NCBI RefSeq assembly: GCF_006345805.1
Contig: NC_043024.1
Coordinates: 3,286,001 to 3,350,000 of the forward strand
Length of the DNA stretch: 64,000 nt
Direction: 5' to 3'
From: Octopus sinensis
Taxonomy: Eukaryota
Both the position numbers and the translations under genes were made by a program. Below are positions 27,776 through 41,256 of the stretch, piece after piece; position 1 is the stretch's first letter; each line of letters begins with the position of its first letter. The notes below the pieces were generated by a model. That model worked only from the letters and a program-made list of their open reading frames with translations, had not been told where the DNA came from and made no database searches.

Positions 27776-30700
27776 ACAGGCTTCTTTTAGTTTCTATGTA
27801 CTAAATTACTTAATCACTCACAAGGCTTTGATTGGCCCAGAGCTATAGTAAAAAACATTTGCCTAAGATGCCATGCAGTGGGATAGAACTAGTGACATGT
27901 TTGGGACACAAGCTTCTTAAAAACCACACAGCTATGGCCACACCTGACATAGAATTGGTAGATGATATAAACATGGTGATAAAAACTGTCAAACCAGTGT
28001 TTTCATATACCTGTATGGTATATGTTCAACCCATGTTGTAGAGACACTCCCTTATTATTCACTATTGGTGATTTAGTGACACAGGAAGCCTTCAATGACC
28101 AAAGATGTTCCCAAGCTACACAATAATAATTAAATAAAAACTTTAATAACTGTGCTGTCCCAGATATGTGAATAAAGAAAGGAAGAATGAAAGTGGACTC
28201 ACCTGTAAAAAAGAACATAGGCACTGGAACTAAGAACTTGTTGGAAGTCCACCTCTGTGACATATTGGTCATCAAACTCATACCATTGCTCATTTACATA
28301 ATTCAGACAATATGCTGTATAATGGCCTCCTGGCAGAGAGACAGAGAGAGGATGAGAGGAGATATCAGAAACGTTTTATAGTACATTGTGTCTTAAGCGA
28401 ATTAGTTATTAATTACCTCCCTTCTATACCAGTTGCACCAGAGAAAATTAAAGAAGTAGGTAGCTGGTATGAAGGTAGAGAAAGACAGTTAAGTGGAAAG
28501 ACAGACAAACAGGTAGATGGAGAGACAGATTAGGTAAGTAGGTTGAGAGGTAAAGAGACTGACTGACTGACTGACTGACATACAAACAGGTGGACAGAGA
28601 GAGAGACACACACAGGTAGATAAAGAAAGGAGAAACATGGATAGATAGAGAGTAAGAGAGGCAGATGGAGGGATGGATAGGTGAGTGGAAAGAGAGACAG
28701 GCAGGTGGAGAGATGGATAGGTGAGTGAAAAAACAAACGGGCAGATGGAGGGATGGATAGGTGAGTGGAAAGAGAGACAGGCAGGTGGAGAGATGGACGG
28801 GTGAGTAGAAAAACAGACAAGCAGATGGAGAGATGAACAGGTGAGTGGAAAGAGAGACAAGCAGATGGAGAAATGGATAGGTGATTGGAAAGATGACAGG
28901 CAGATGGAGAGAGGTAGATAGCTCATCTGACAGAATTGTAGGTAGACAAAAAGTTACTGTTCACCCAAACGTTAGGATAAAATTTTCACAGAGAGTGACG
29001 AATTCCAGCACACACAAACACACGTTATCACAAAATCATATTACTTTGTCTTTGTTCTTACCTCCGGCAGTTCCATGGTGACATATCACAGACATTAGAT
29101 CATAAGACGTAACTTCATCTTGACAATCTGGAAAGGCACGAAATATAAATTTTATTTCAATTTAAAATATATCAGTTGATGTTGAAAGTTAGACATTTTG
29201 CTTGGTTTGATAGTAAACAGCTTAAAAAATGAGCACTCTATCAACTGGCACATAAAAAGCACCGTTTGAGCATGATTATTACCAGCATCGCCTTACTGAC
29301 ACGTGAAAAAACATTCAAGTGAAGTCATTGCCAGTACCGCTGGAATGGTCTCCTGTGCAGGTGGCATGTGAAAAGAAACGCCATTTGAGCGTGGCCGTTG
29401 CCAGTACCACCTGACTGGCCCTCATGCTGGAGGTGTGTAAAAGCACCCACTACACTCTCGGAGTAGTTGGCATCAGGAAGGGCATCCAGCTGTGGAAACT
29501 CTGCCAGATCAAATTGGAGCCTGGTGCAGCCATCTGGTTCACCAGTCCTCAGTCAAATCGTCCAACCCATGCTAGCATGGAAAGTAGACGTTAAACGATG
29601 ATGATGATGAGGTTCCAGCTGATCCAATCAACAGAACAGCCTGCATGTGAAATTAACATGTAAAGTGGTTGAGAACTACATTAAGGGTACTTGGGCACAC
29701 GTTCCCTTAGTATCATTCTCAGGGAGATCCAGCATGACATAGCTGTTCCCTTTGAATTACTGGTACAACTCAATTTTGCCAGCAGAGTGAACTGGGGCAA
29801 CATGAAATAAAGTGTCTTGCTCAAGGAGACAATGTGCCACCGAGTATTGAACTCACAACCTTACGATTGTGAGCCAAGTACCCTAACCACTAAGCCACTT
29901 GCCTTCAGTAAACAGTTTACAGTAAGTTCATTCCTGATCTCTCTCTCTCTCTCTCTCTCCAGACGGGTAGCCTTGTTCTCCCTCTACAGCAAGACACCTG
30001 TTTCTATCTTTCTCTTTACTCTTTTACTTGTTTGTCATTAGACTGTGGCCATGCTGGAGCATCGCCTTTAGTTGAGCAAATCGACCCCAGGACTTATTCT
30101 TTGCAAGCCTAGTACTTATTCTATCGGTCTCTTTTGCCGAACCGCTAGGTGACGAGGCTGTAAACACACCAGCATTGGTTGTCAAGCGATGCTAGGGGGA
30201 CAAACACAGACGCAAACACACACACATATATATACGACAGGCTTCTTTCAGTTTCCATCCACTAAATCCAGTCACAAGGGTTTGGCCGGCCCGAGGCTAT
30301 AGTAGAAGACACTTACCCAAGGTGCCATGCAGTGCGACTGAACCCAGAACCATGTGGTTCGTAAGCAAGCTACTTACCACACAGCCACTCCTACGCTTTT
30401 CTGTCTCACTATAAACTTTTTTTTTTATCTTACAAATACTTGGTGACCCTGTCAGTGCAGGTGCTACATAAAAAGCACTAAGTCCACTCTGCAGAGTGGC
30501 TGGTGTTAGGAAGGACATCCAGCTGTAAAAACCTTGCCAAAACTGACCTTGCCTGTGCTTGTGTCACATAAATAGCACTAAGTCCACTCTGCTGAGTGGC
30601 TAGTGTTAGGAAGGGCATCCAGCTGTAAAAATCCTGACAAAGCAGTCACAGAAGTCTGGTGCAGGCTTCTGTCTGGATGTTGTGAAACCATCCCACCCAT

Positions 30701-33700
30701 GCTAGGATGGAAAGCAGACGTTAAACAATGATGATGATGTGAACTGGTATGGCCATATGATTAAAAAGTTTGTTTCACAACTGTAGGGATCCAGGTTTGA
30801 TCCCATACTCACAGCACCTTGTATATATGCATCATCTACTGTAGCCTCGTGTTGACTAATGCCTTGTGAGTGAAATTTATAAAAGTATTGTTTAATTAGA
30901 AACACCATTGCTTACCTTTATAAACATTATAACTGATTGCTACATTATTTAATAAATTAACTGCAATACTTACCTTTATGAAGATATGGTTTCATGTTTA
31001 AACCTTCCAGCGGAAAAGAGACATATGTGTTAATCTTTGAAGAGTAAAATTCATGTCGGAATCTCTTCAAGTGAATACACAAGATCTGAAGAAAGAGAGG
31101 GAGAGGGGGGAAAATAAAAAAGGCAAAGAAATAGAAATAAATAAACAATCTCCAAAAAAAACATTTAACCCTTTAAGCACTCAGATTGCTCTAACAAATA
31201 TAATGCTTATTTAGACACATTGTTTTGAATTAATCATGCATTATCTTGTAGCTTCGAGATTCCTCTAATGTGATAAGTTTATTTTTAGAATGACATTGTA
31301 GGAAAGGTGCAAGAGGCTGGATGTGGCCAATCTGAGCATAAAAACAGAATATTTTGGCTGGATATTACCTGTTTAAATGCCAAAGGGATTTAATGTGTAC
31401 AGGATTACTGTTTGGTCTCTGGTCAACCCAATGATCAAATTGTTCCAGCTGTGGCCATCCCATCTTTCAGAGATGAGATTTAGAAAAATATTATTTTATG
31501 TGCCCTGATTTGTTTAAGAAAGGTGTGATTTGAGGGAAATTTGGTTGCTATTTCCAGCAGGTTGAGCATCTGAATAAGTATTCAGTTGCTCAATCTACAA
31601 AATTACTGACTTGTTAAATAAACATATAAGTGACTGAGTATTCTATAGATACCCATGTACTCAATGAAAATCACAGACTGAACCAGGGAACATTTGAGTC
31701 AAAGATACAATCTATCCGACAGGCTACCTCACGGTTTTTGCCTCCTCAATTTTATTCACAAAGATATAATATAAAAGACTGGCCCAAAGTACCACATAGT
31801 GAAACTGAACTTGGGACCTGGTGATTGTGAAGCAGTCACTTGGGCCTGCATCTAGCTTCTGCATAGAGGCTCCCATATTATCTATAGCTATAGAGAATAT
31901 AGCTACAGTGATGGACTCCATATCAACATGGTCTGAGCACACTGTTATGGCCTGTAGCTAACAGAACAGCTTTGATGCAGTGATTCAGAGATCCATTAAC
32001 CTTTTAGCATTCAGATTTCTGTTTAATGTATTCATCATCATCATTTAAAATGTCTGTTGTTCATGCTTGTATGGGTTGTACGGTTTGACCAGGGCTGGCA
32101 AACTGGAAAGCTGCACCAGACTCCAGTCTAATTTGGCATGGTTTCTACAGCTGGATGCCCTTCCTAATGCCAACCACTGTGTGTAATGGGTGCTTTCACA
32201 TGCCACTAGTATCTGCCATGACTGTGATTTTACTTGGCTTGATCAGTCTTCTGCCAAAGATCTCGGTCATTTGTCATTGCCTCCATGAAGCCCAACACTC
32301 AAAAGGAGCTTTTCAAATGCCACCAGTATCAGCCACTTTGAACATGAAACATTTGGGCCAGATATGACCAGTTTAAATGCTAAAGGGTTAATTAATCAAG
32401 ATATACCATGTTTCATTGAGAACAATACTGCACACTCCAACATGTAAGGGATTAGGCAGAACTAATGAGGGTACCTCAACTAGGTCACTCAACTTGCTAG
32501 AAATAGAAGCCAAACACACACTGTCATCCAAACAAAACGAACTGGATACATTGAATAACAACGTAACAAAATTTTAATTTGCTTGTTGTCTTTGGTCAAT
32601 AAGTGTCATTTCCTATTTGCTCCTGTTTAGAAATCAAAGAAAATGGCTACTATTCCCTTCAAACTCTGCTTTTGTCACTTGAACATCAATGTTTTCAAAC
32701 TGACCTATTTTCCATTACATTTCAGACAGATTTGGCACAGAGTTGCTGAAGCAGAAGTATCATTATAGCAAATATTCTGCTCAATACCACAGATTTGCTT
32801 GTCAGTTGCTTGACCTTAAACCACTTGAGCATGTCCCTTAGTGGCTGACAATATGTGCATCTCTAAATCACAAGCAGGAGTAGTGGCAGAGCATCACAGC
32901 CATGTGTTGAGAGAGATTCTTTGAGGTTTAAATAAATGCAACGAAAGCAAAGTTTGAAGGAAATATTAGCCATTTTTCATATTTTGTAAGGGGAAGCAAA
33001 TAGGAAATAACAGTTGCTACCCAAGGACAAAAATCATGTTATACAGTGCAATGCAATCCTAGATACATAATCACTGTACTGACCAGACTGTCAGATTTTG
33101 TTATACATTACTGGTCACAGTGTGCTTCCAAAGTTTTCTGGTTTGCGCCATTCTTTTCCATCTTGGCCCAAATTGATTTACTAAATTGTCTTTCCATCAT
33201 CATAGAGGCCTTCCAAGTGGTCTTTTTTGATCTCTTGGATATCACTTGGCAACTGTACAGATCCACCTGTAATCAGTGAACCATGTATTCGTATGTCCAG
33301 CCCAGTAGAACCTGTGCTTTTGGTATCCTGCAGTCATCTTATTCACTCTGTTCTTTAATTCGTTTTGGATATGCAATCTGAAAACTTAACACAGAGCCAA
33401 AGGGAGGTGGGAAACAATGAAATCAAAAAGGTAAAGGAACAGGTCTAATTGAGGCACACAGTGAATATGCTCAGAGATGGGGACAGTGAAATCTTGAGGA
33501 AAACAAGGGCTGGATGGAAACGCATTCACTTCAATAAAAAAAATGTGCTCAAAGCAAAGCTGGACTAGACTCCAATATATTTTGTCTCTTCAATAGTAAC
33601 AGCCTACCTCTGCTCTTATATGCAGGTTAGTTGTGAGGTACTACATGGAGAAAAGAACATTGATTGGCTACAACGCAATGAGCCATGGAAAGATTCATGC

Positions 33701-35066
33701 TAACTACATTGTACCTGGAAAAAAAAAGATGGTCATGGCTGGAATGTCTTTGATTCTTGGTCTACATGGTCAGGGTAACCATACACACATAGACAAACAC
33801 ATGCATGCACGCGCGCACACACACGCACGCATGCACACACACACAGGTATGGAGGTGAGGGTATAAACTGAATCTAAAGAGTGCATACCTCTGGTAACCT
33901 AAGAACTTTTGAATATTTCATACCATTCCTCAACCTGAGATAAAAAATGGAAAGAAAAAAACTTTATTTAAACAGGCAAGAGAGAGAGAAAGAGATGAAT
34001 GAAGTTCACATAAATGGTGGCAAGAGAAAGTAGGGTCTCTGCTGAAAGTTCAAATACATGAACTATTTTGTATGATTGATGAGGTGAAGGGATCAAACCT
34101 ACACAGAATACATTCAATATCCGGACACTAGCAGATAACAACCCACCAAAGTTTTCAAATAGCAAAAATATATTAGAAAAGTTCTTTAATCAACATTTCT
34201 GATTATCATGAAATACAGAATCAGCTTCATTAGTTTCACATTTAACATGTTTGAAGAATGTATTTGACAGGTTGTTACCTGTTGCCTTTGGGTGAGTGGT
34301 TGTCTGTAAACTGATTTAACCAACCTTTCTAGAGGAGTATAAAGTTGGTCATCATCATCATTTTCCCCATGCTGGCATGGCTGTCTGTGTAGTCAAGAAG
34401 CTTGTTACCCAACCACATGGTTTCAGGTTCAGTCCCACTGCGTGGTACCTTGGGCAGGTGTCTTCTACTATAGCTTCGGGCCATCCAAAGCCTTGTGAGT
34501 GGATTTGATAGATGGAAACTATAAGAAGCCCATCAAGTGTATGTGTGGTTGTGTGTGTGCAAAAGAGTTTGTGTGCAAGAGCATATGTGCAAGAGCATGA
34601 GGTTGTGTGTACAAGAGCGTGAGAGTGTGTGTGTGTGTACAAGAGCGTGAGAGTGTGTGTGTGTGTGCAAGAGCAAGAGGGTGCATGTGTGAGAGAGAGC
34701 GCAAGTGTGTGTGTGTGTGTATGAGAGAGAGCGCAAGTGTGTGTGTGTGAGAGAGAGCGCAAGTGTGTGTGTGTGAGAGAGAGCGCAAGTGTGTGTGTGA
34801 GAGAGAGAGCGCAAGTGTGTGTGTGAGAGAGAGAGCGCAAGTGTGTGTGTGAGAGAGAGAGCGCAAGTGTGTGTGTGAGAGAGAGAGCGCAAGTGTGTGT
34901 GTGAGAGAGAGCGCAAGTGTGTGTGTGAGAGAGAGCGCAAGTGTGTGTGTGAGAGAGAGCGCAAGTGTGTGTGTGAGAGAGAGCGCAAGTGTGTGTGTGA
35001 GAGAGCGCAAGTGTATGTGTGTGTGTGAGAGAGCGCAAGTGTGTGTGTATGTGTGAGAGAGCGCAA

Positions 35067-35097
<31 letters not shown>

Positions 35098-35132
35098 CAA
35101 GTGTGTGTGTGTGTGTGAGAGAGAGAGAGCAA

Positions 35133-35163
<31 letters not shown>

Positions 35164-35212
35164 CAAGTGTGTGTGTGTGAGAGAGCGAAAGTGTGTGTGT
35201 GTGAGAGATCGA

Positions 35213-35251
<39 letters not shown>

Positions 35252-35332
35252 TGCAAGTGTGTGTGTGAGAGAGAGAGCAAGTGTGTGTGTGAGAGAGAGA
35301 GCAAGTGTGTGTGTGAGAGAGCACAAGTGTAC

Positions 35333-35363
<31 letters not shown>

Positions 35364-38300
35364 TGTGTGTGGTGTGTGTGAGAGTGCAACTGACGGAGTG
35401 CCATGAATATATTGGTGAGGCTGTGCAGCAAGGAGTTTGCTTCACCACCACATGGCTCTGAATTCAGTTCCAGTGTGTGGCACTTTAGGAAAGTGTGTAT
35501 AACTGCCCCACCAACTAACAACACACACAGACACACACCTTGTGTATGTGTGCTCAATTTTCTTTGTGTGTGTGTGTGTGTCCTACCACCACTTGACAAC
35601 TAGTAACTTAGCAGTTGGACAAAAGCGACTGGTGGAATGAGCTCCAGGCTTTACAGAAAAAATGAGTACTGGGGTTGAGTCTCTAAGATGGCGCTCCAGC
35701 ATGGTTGCAGTCTAATGATTGAAACATGTCAAAAATAAAAGATAAGGCACTTTCAAAAAGTGCCATGCAGTAGGATGGAACCGAAAACACCATGGTTGCA
35801 GAGTGAATTCACTACACCACAACCATGCTTACAGCTAGGATGCACACATGTTAACCTAGTGACAGCAACCGCTGGATAGAGGGCTGCTCTGGTTATTTTT
35901 CTCCTCTCACTCCAAAACCTACAATATCTTTTCAACTCTAAGCACAAAGCTTGAAATTTGGTGGGAGGGGAGGCAGCTGATTAAATTGACCCCAGTATGC
36001 AACTGGTACTTAATTTATCAACCGTGAAAGGATGTTTAACTCAGAACATAAAGACGGACGAAATACCGTCAAAACCTAAACCATCTTCAAAGAAGCTTGA
36101 CCTCAACTCTTTATTTCCACCAACAGACCAATTGTTAGATTCTAGCAAATGGTTAGCAAAAAGATGACTTGGGAAAAAGGAATATAGAAATATCATCATC
36201 ATCATTTAACATCCACCTTCCATACTAGCACAAGTTGGATGGTTTAACAGGAGCTAGCCAGGTAGAAGCCTGTACCAGACTCCTGTGTCTGTTTTTGCAG
36301 GGTTTTTAGATAAATGCCCTTCCTAACACCAACCACCCAATGGAGTGGACAGTGCTTTTTACATGGCACAAACACAGGCGTGGTCAGTTTTGGCATGGGT
36401 TTTACAGCGGGATGCCCTTCCAAATGCCAACCACTTCACAGTGTGGACTGGATGCTTTTTACATGGCACCAGCACTGGCTGGGTCACTGAGTAACTTGCA
36501 AGGCAAAAATCCTTTGAGAGTTGGGGGAGGACATTGGAGGAGGTGATCTTGTGTCAGATATGTTTACAAATAAGGTGAGATTTCTCTACAGTTGGACGAA
36601 TGTTCATAGAAGACTGAACAAATGAAACCTGCCTGTATGATGGTGATGCTCATAAGGGTTTGTGTGTGCATGTGTGTGATCCCCATCATTATTTAATGTC
36701 CGTTTTCCATGCTGGCATGGGTTGGACAGCTTGACAGGAACTGGCAAGACCAGGGGCTCCACACCAGGTTCCATAGTGTGATTTGGCATGGTTCCTATGG
36801 CTGGATGCCCTTCCTAATGCCAACCACTTTACTGAGTGTACTGAGTGCTTTTTACAGTGTGTGTGTGTACAATGAGCTTCTTTCAGCGAGTGATGACACT
36901 TTGGGTGAGAGAACATTTGTTTAAATTAATCCCCAGTATTTATATTATTTAGTATCAGGGCAGGGGAGAGGAGATACTTAATCGATTATATAAAACTCAG
37001 TACTCAGCTGGTACTTATTTTATCAACCAAGAAAGGATAAAAAGCAAAATCAACCTCAGACAAATTTGAACTCTGAATGTAGAGACCCAGAACTGCTGCT
37101 AAGCATTTTGTCCAGCATGCTAATGATTCTGCCAGCTCGCCGCCTTAATAATAATAGTAATCATAATCCTTTCTACTAAAGGCACAAAGCCTGTAATTTT
37201 GGGAGAGGGGACAAGTCAATTACATTGACCCCAGTGTTTCACTGGTACTTAATTCATTGACCCAGAAAGGATGAAAGGCAAAGTCAACCTCGGTGGAATT
37301 TGAACTCACCATGTAGCAATAGGTGAAATGTGGTAACGATTCTGCTAGCTTGCCACCTTCAATAATGATAATCCATTCTACTATAGGCACAAAGCCTGAA
37401 ATTTGGGGGGAGGGGACCAGCCAATTTACATCAAATCCAGTGTTTCATTGATACTCGATTTATCGACCCCAAAAGAATGAAAAGCAAAGTCGACCCCAGC
37501 AGCATTTGAACTCAGAACGTAAAGACAGGCGAAATACTGCTTAAGCATTTTGCCCGGCATGCTAACGATTCTGCCAGCTCACCATCTTCAATAATAAATA
37601 GAAATTATTTGTAAAATGATAGAAAATTTTACATACTTTTTACATTTGTCACAGCTGTACATGTTGTCACCTTTTAGTTCATCAGCAGAGAAGAACGCAG
37701 AAAGACAGTCTTGTAATGTTATAGTTGGACCCATAATCCAGCTGGTAAATTAAGAATAAGATAAAATATAATAAATAGAAAAGCAAAAAAAATTTTTTAA
37801 TTTAATAAACTGATAAATTTTAATTAACAATGCACTCCTGTATGTGCTGGTTGGTTATTTGACTTCTTGCATGCATGCAAGACATGAACCTTCAACCCTC
37901 ACTGCAGGGATGGATACAGAGAAATATGCAGGCACTGGAGACAAGATGTTACCCCATCTCGGGCATCTTGGACATCACAAACATGCAGGTCTGTGAAACC
38001 ATGCAGTGTCACATTAAGGCCCACAATGGTAACAAAAAAGACAGTATGGCCATGTAATGAGATCCAGAGGCCTTGTAAAGATCATTGTTTAAGGAACTGT
38101 GGAAGACAGAGGAGAAGATAGATGAGCAACACACAGGAATGAACAAAGAAATAAATCGGCACTCCATTGGTTATGATAAGGGATCCAGTTGATCTGATCA
38201 ATGGAACAGTCTGCTTGTAAAATTAACATGTTAGCACTCCATGGGGAAAGTATGTATGTGGAGTGCTAACATGTTAATTTTACAAGCAGTCTGTACACTA

Positions 38301-39073
38301 TGCTGGAGTGTACAGAGCCAAAACATAGTGGAAAGCAATGACCAAGATGAGGACATCAGTCTGACAAATACATAATAAAAAATTCCTCATATGAGAAATC
38401 CTGAATTGCAATAAAACTTACCTTTTGAGCCACATCAATATCGTAGTCACCCAACCCTGGTTTACTTCTCCACAAGCCCCACCTTTAGTGTTTGAACTTT
38501 GGTTGGCATGTAACATAAGTAAATGATCTTTACTGGGAATTGGCAGTGATAAGTCTTGAAATGTTTCTTTTGTGGTAGAAATCTGAGGCAAAAAAAAAAA
38601 AAAAAAAAGAACAGTAATAACGAAAACAATAATAATAATAATAATCCTTTCTACTAAAGGCACAAGGACTGAAATTTGGGGGAGGGGGACAGTCAATCAC
38701 ATCGACCCCAGTACTCAGATGGTACTTCATTTATCAACCTCGAAAGGATGAAAGGCAAAATCAATCTTGGTAGAATTTGAACTCAGAGTGTAGTGGCAGA
38801 CTAAATATAACTAAACATTTTGCTCAGCGTGCTGATGATTCTTATTTCTTTACTGCCCACGAGGGGCTACACACAGAGGGGAAAAACAAGGACAGACAAA
38901 CGGATTAAGTCGATTATATCGATCCCAGTGCCTAACTGGTACTTATTAAATCGACCCCGAAAGGATGAAAGGCAAAGTTGACCTCGGCAGAATTTCAACT
39001 CAGAATGTAGTGACAGATGAAATACTGCTAAGCATTTTGCCCAGCGTGCTAACGGTTCTGCCAGCTCACTGCC

Positions 39074-39109
<36 letters not shown>

Positions 39110-41192
39110 GTTTCAAATTTGGCCACAAGGGCAGCAATTTTGGGGGCGGGGATGAGTCAATTGCAACTGATAATTTACTGACCCTGAAAGGACGAAAGGC
39201 AAAGTAGATATCAGCAGAATTTGAGCTCAGAAGATAGCGACAGGCAAAATACTGCTGACAACTCTGACAGGTCGCTGTCTTCAATAATAATAATAATAAC
39301 AATAATAAGCCTTTCTACTGGAAGCACAAGGCCTCAAGTCGATTACATCTACCCCAGTGTGTAACTGGTACTTATTTAATTGACCCCCAAAAGCATGAAA
39401 GGTGAAGTGGACCTCAGCGGAATTTGAATTCAGAATGTAGCGTCAGGCAAAATACTGCTAAGCATTTCATCCAGCATGCTAATGATTCTGCCAGCTCACT
39501 ACCTTTAATAATAATAATTTCCTTTCAATAACATAAAAACATTCGTGCACCTCTCCCACCAAAAATAGAAAAGGGTAAGCCAAACTGGGCAGGTATCTTC
39601 TTAAACTGCCTTAGGTCAACTCAAGCTCTGAGTGAAATTAAACAGAAACTTTGTGGAAGGTGGTCAGATCAACTGCTTCTGTTCTTGCATGGCCAGCTTA
39701 ATTCCTTGCCCACTTCAACACCATCACTACCACCAGCTGGCCCTTGGGTGCTTTTAATAGATGCAACACTGTTCATAATCGTTCAGACTAAATCTCCAGT
39801 TTCTTTGTCCCTTTTACCATCCAGTTGTGGCTAGCTTCATCAAAAACAAAGGTCATCACTGTCAACCTTCCCACCAACCCTAACAAAGCCATCTTTTATT
39901 TTTTTCTTGTTGCAGTCATTAGACTATGGCCATGCTGGAGCACTGCCTTGAATTTTTTTTTAAGCCAAATGTATTGATCCCAGAACTTTCTTTTTAAACT
40001 TGGTAGTTATTTTATTGGTCAACACAGACACAAAGACACACACATACACGTGTGTGTGTATGTGTGTGTACGATGGGCTTCTTTACTCACAAGGCCTGAG
40101 ACTGTAGAAGAAAACACTTGCCCAAAGTACCATGCAGTGGGCCTGAACACGGAACCATGTGGTTGGGGAGCAAGCTTCTTACCACACAGCCACACTTGCA
40201 CCTATATAAAAGAAAAATAACAAATGTTTCCATTTTTTTAAAATTATCAACTTACTCGTTCACATGTCAAACACTGTACAGAACTCAGTAAACGTCCATC
40301 AAATATATCTGATATGACACTTTGATGTATTAGAGGTCGTTTGGCTGGAAAGAGAACAAAATAGAGAAAAAAAGGTAAACAGCATGTTTTAATAAGAAGT
40401 TGAGGAGGGTAACGTTAGGAAGACAGAAGATTTGGTGGTAGTGGAATTAGAAAATGGTAATTAAAACACTGGATTCTTGGTAGTAGCAAGTCACTTAATT
40501 CTACATTAGTTTTGGGCTTTAGTGATGAATACATTATTATTATTATCATAATAATAAAGGCGGCAAGCTGGACAAAATGCTTAGCGGTATTTCGCATGTC
40601 ACTACATTCTGAGTTAAAATTACATCAAGGTCGACTTTGTACTACATGTTATTTCCATGGCACCAACACTAATAATGTTGCCCTGTAATACACAAAATTA
40701 AAGGACCCCCTTGATGGAGAGAGAATACGAGAGAGAGCGAGGTAGCTTTATGTTGAGAAGCTAAAGCAGTTAGAAGGGACAGGTGTAAGTTTGTTACTGT
40801 AGCCAGGATACATAGCTAGAGAGACTAATTGGAACAGAATCCAATTATTAGTTACCATATCTTCCAGCATACAAGTCAGTGTAGTATATAGTATCAACAT
40901 GTAACATTTTGAATATTGTCATTATCGTTCCAAATCCTACTGCATTTCACATAGAATTTTTTGTCGTCCAAAGTTGCCTTGGTGTGTAAGTAGACTTATC
41001 TTTCTTGGCAGTAAATTTTGGTCTTATGCTGGAAAATGCAGTATTAAGCTTCTAGTATGGCCAGGAATAACACATCTGATAATGATCAAACTAACTGAAA
41101 AGTAGTCTGTTATTCTGTTACTTGTTACAGGGGATGTAAACACACCAACATCAGTTGTCAAGAGATGGTTGGAGGACAAACACACACACATA

Positions 41193-41256
<64 letters not shown>

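Larger units (their letters stand above)
36960..39510 (-). repeat. Head-to-tail arrays of family B SINEs separated by (AAT)n, on both sides of exons I and J
   Basis: About 3-4 copies at 36960-37590 and about 4 at 38640-39510, all in the same orientation. Confidence 0.8.

Noticed and set aside
34358-35599. 413, 310 and 263 aa ORFs (HTHT/SLTH repeats)
   Set aside because: Translations of the compound microsatellite
37742-38421. Search for a microexon equivalent to the vertebrate FVVSC(V/T)PS segment
   Set aside because: No AG/GT-bounded phase 2-2 candidate with similar sequence; exons I and J join in frame without it
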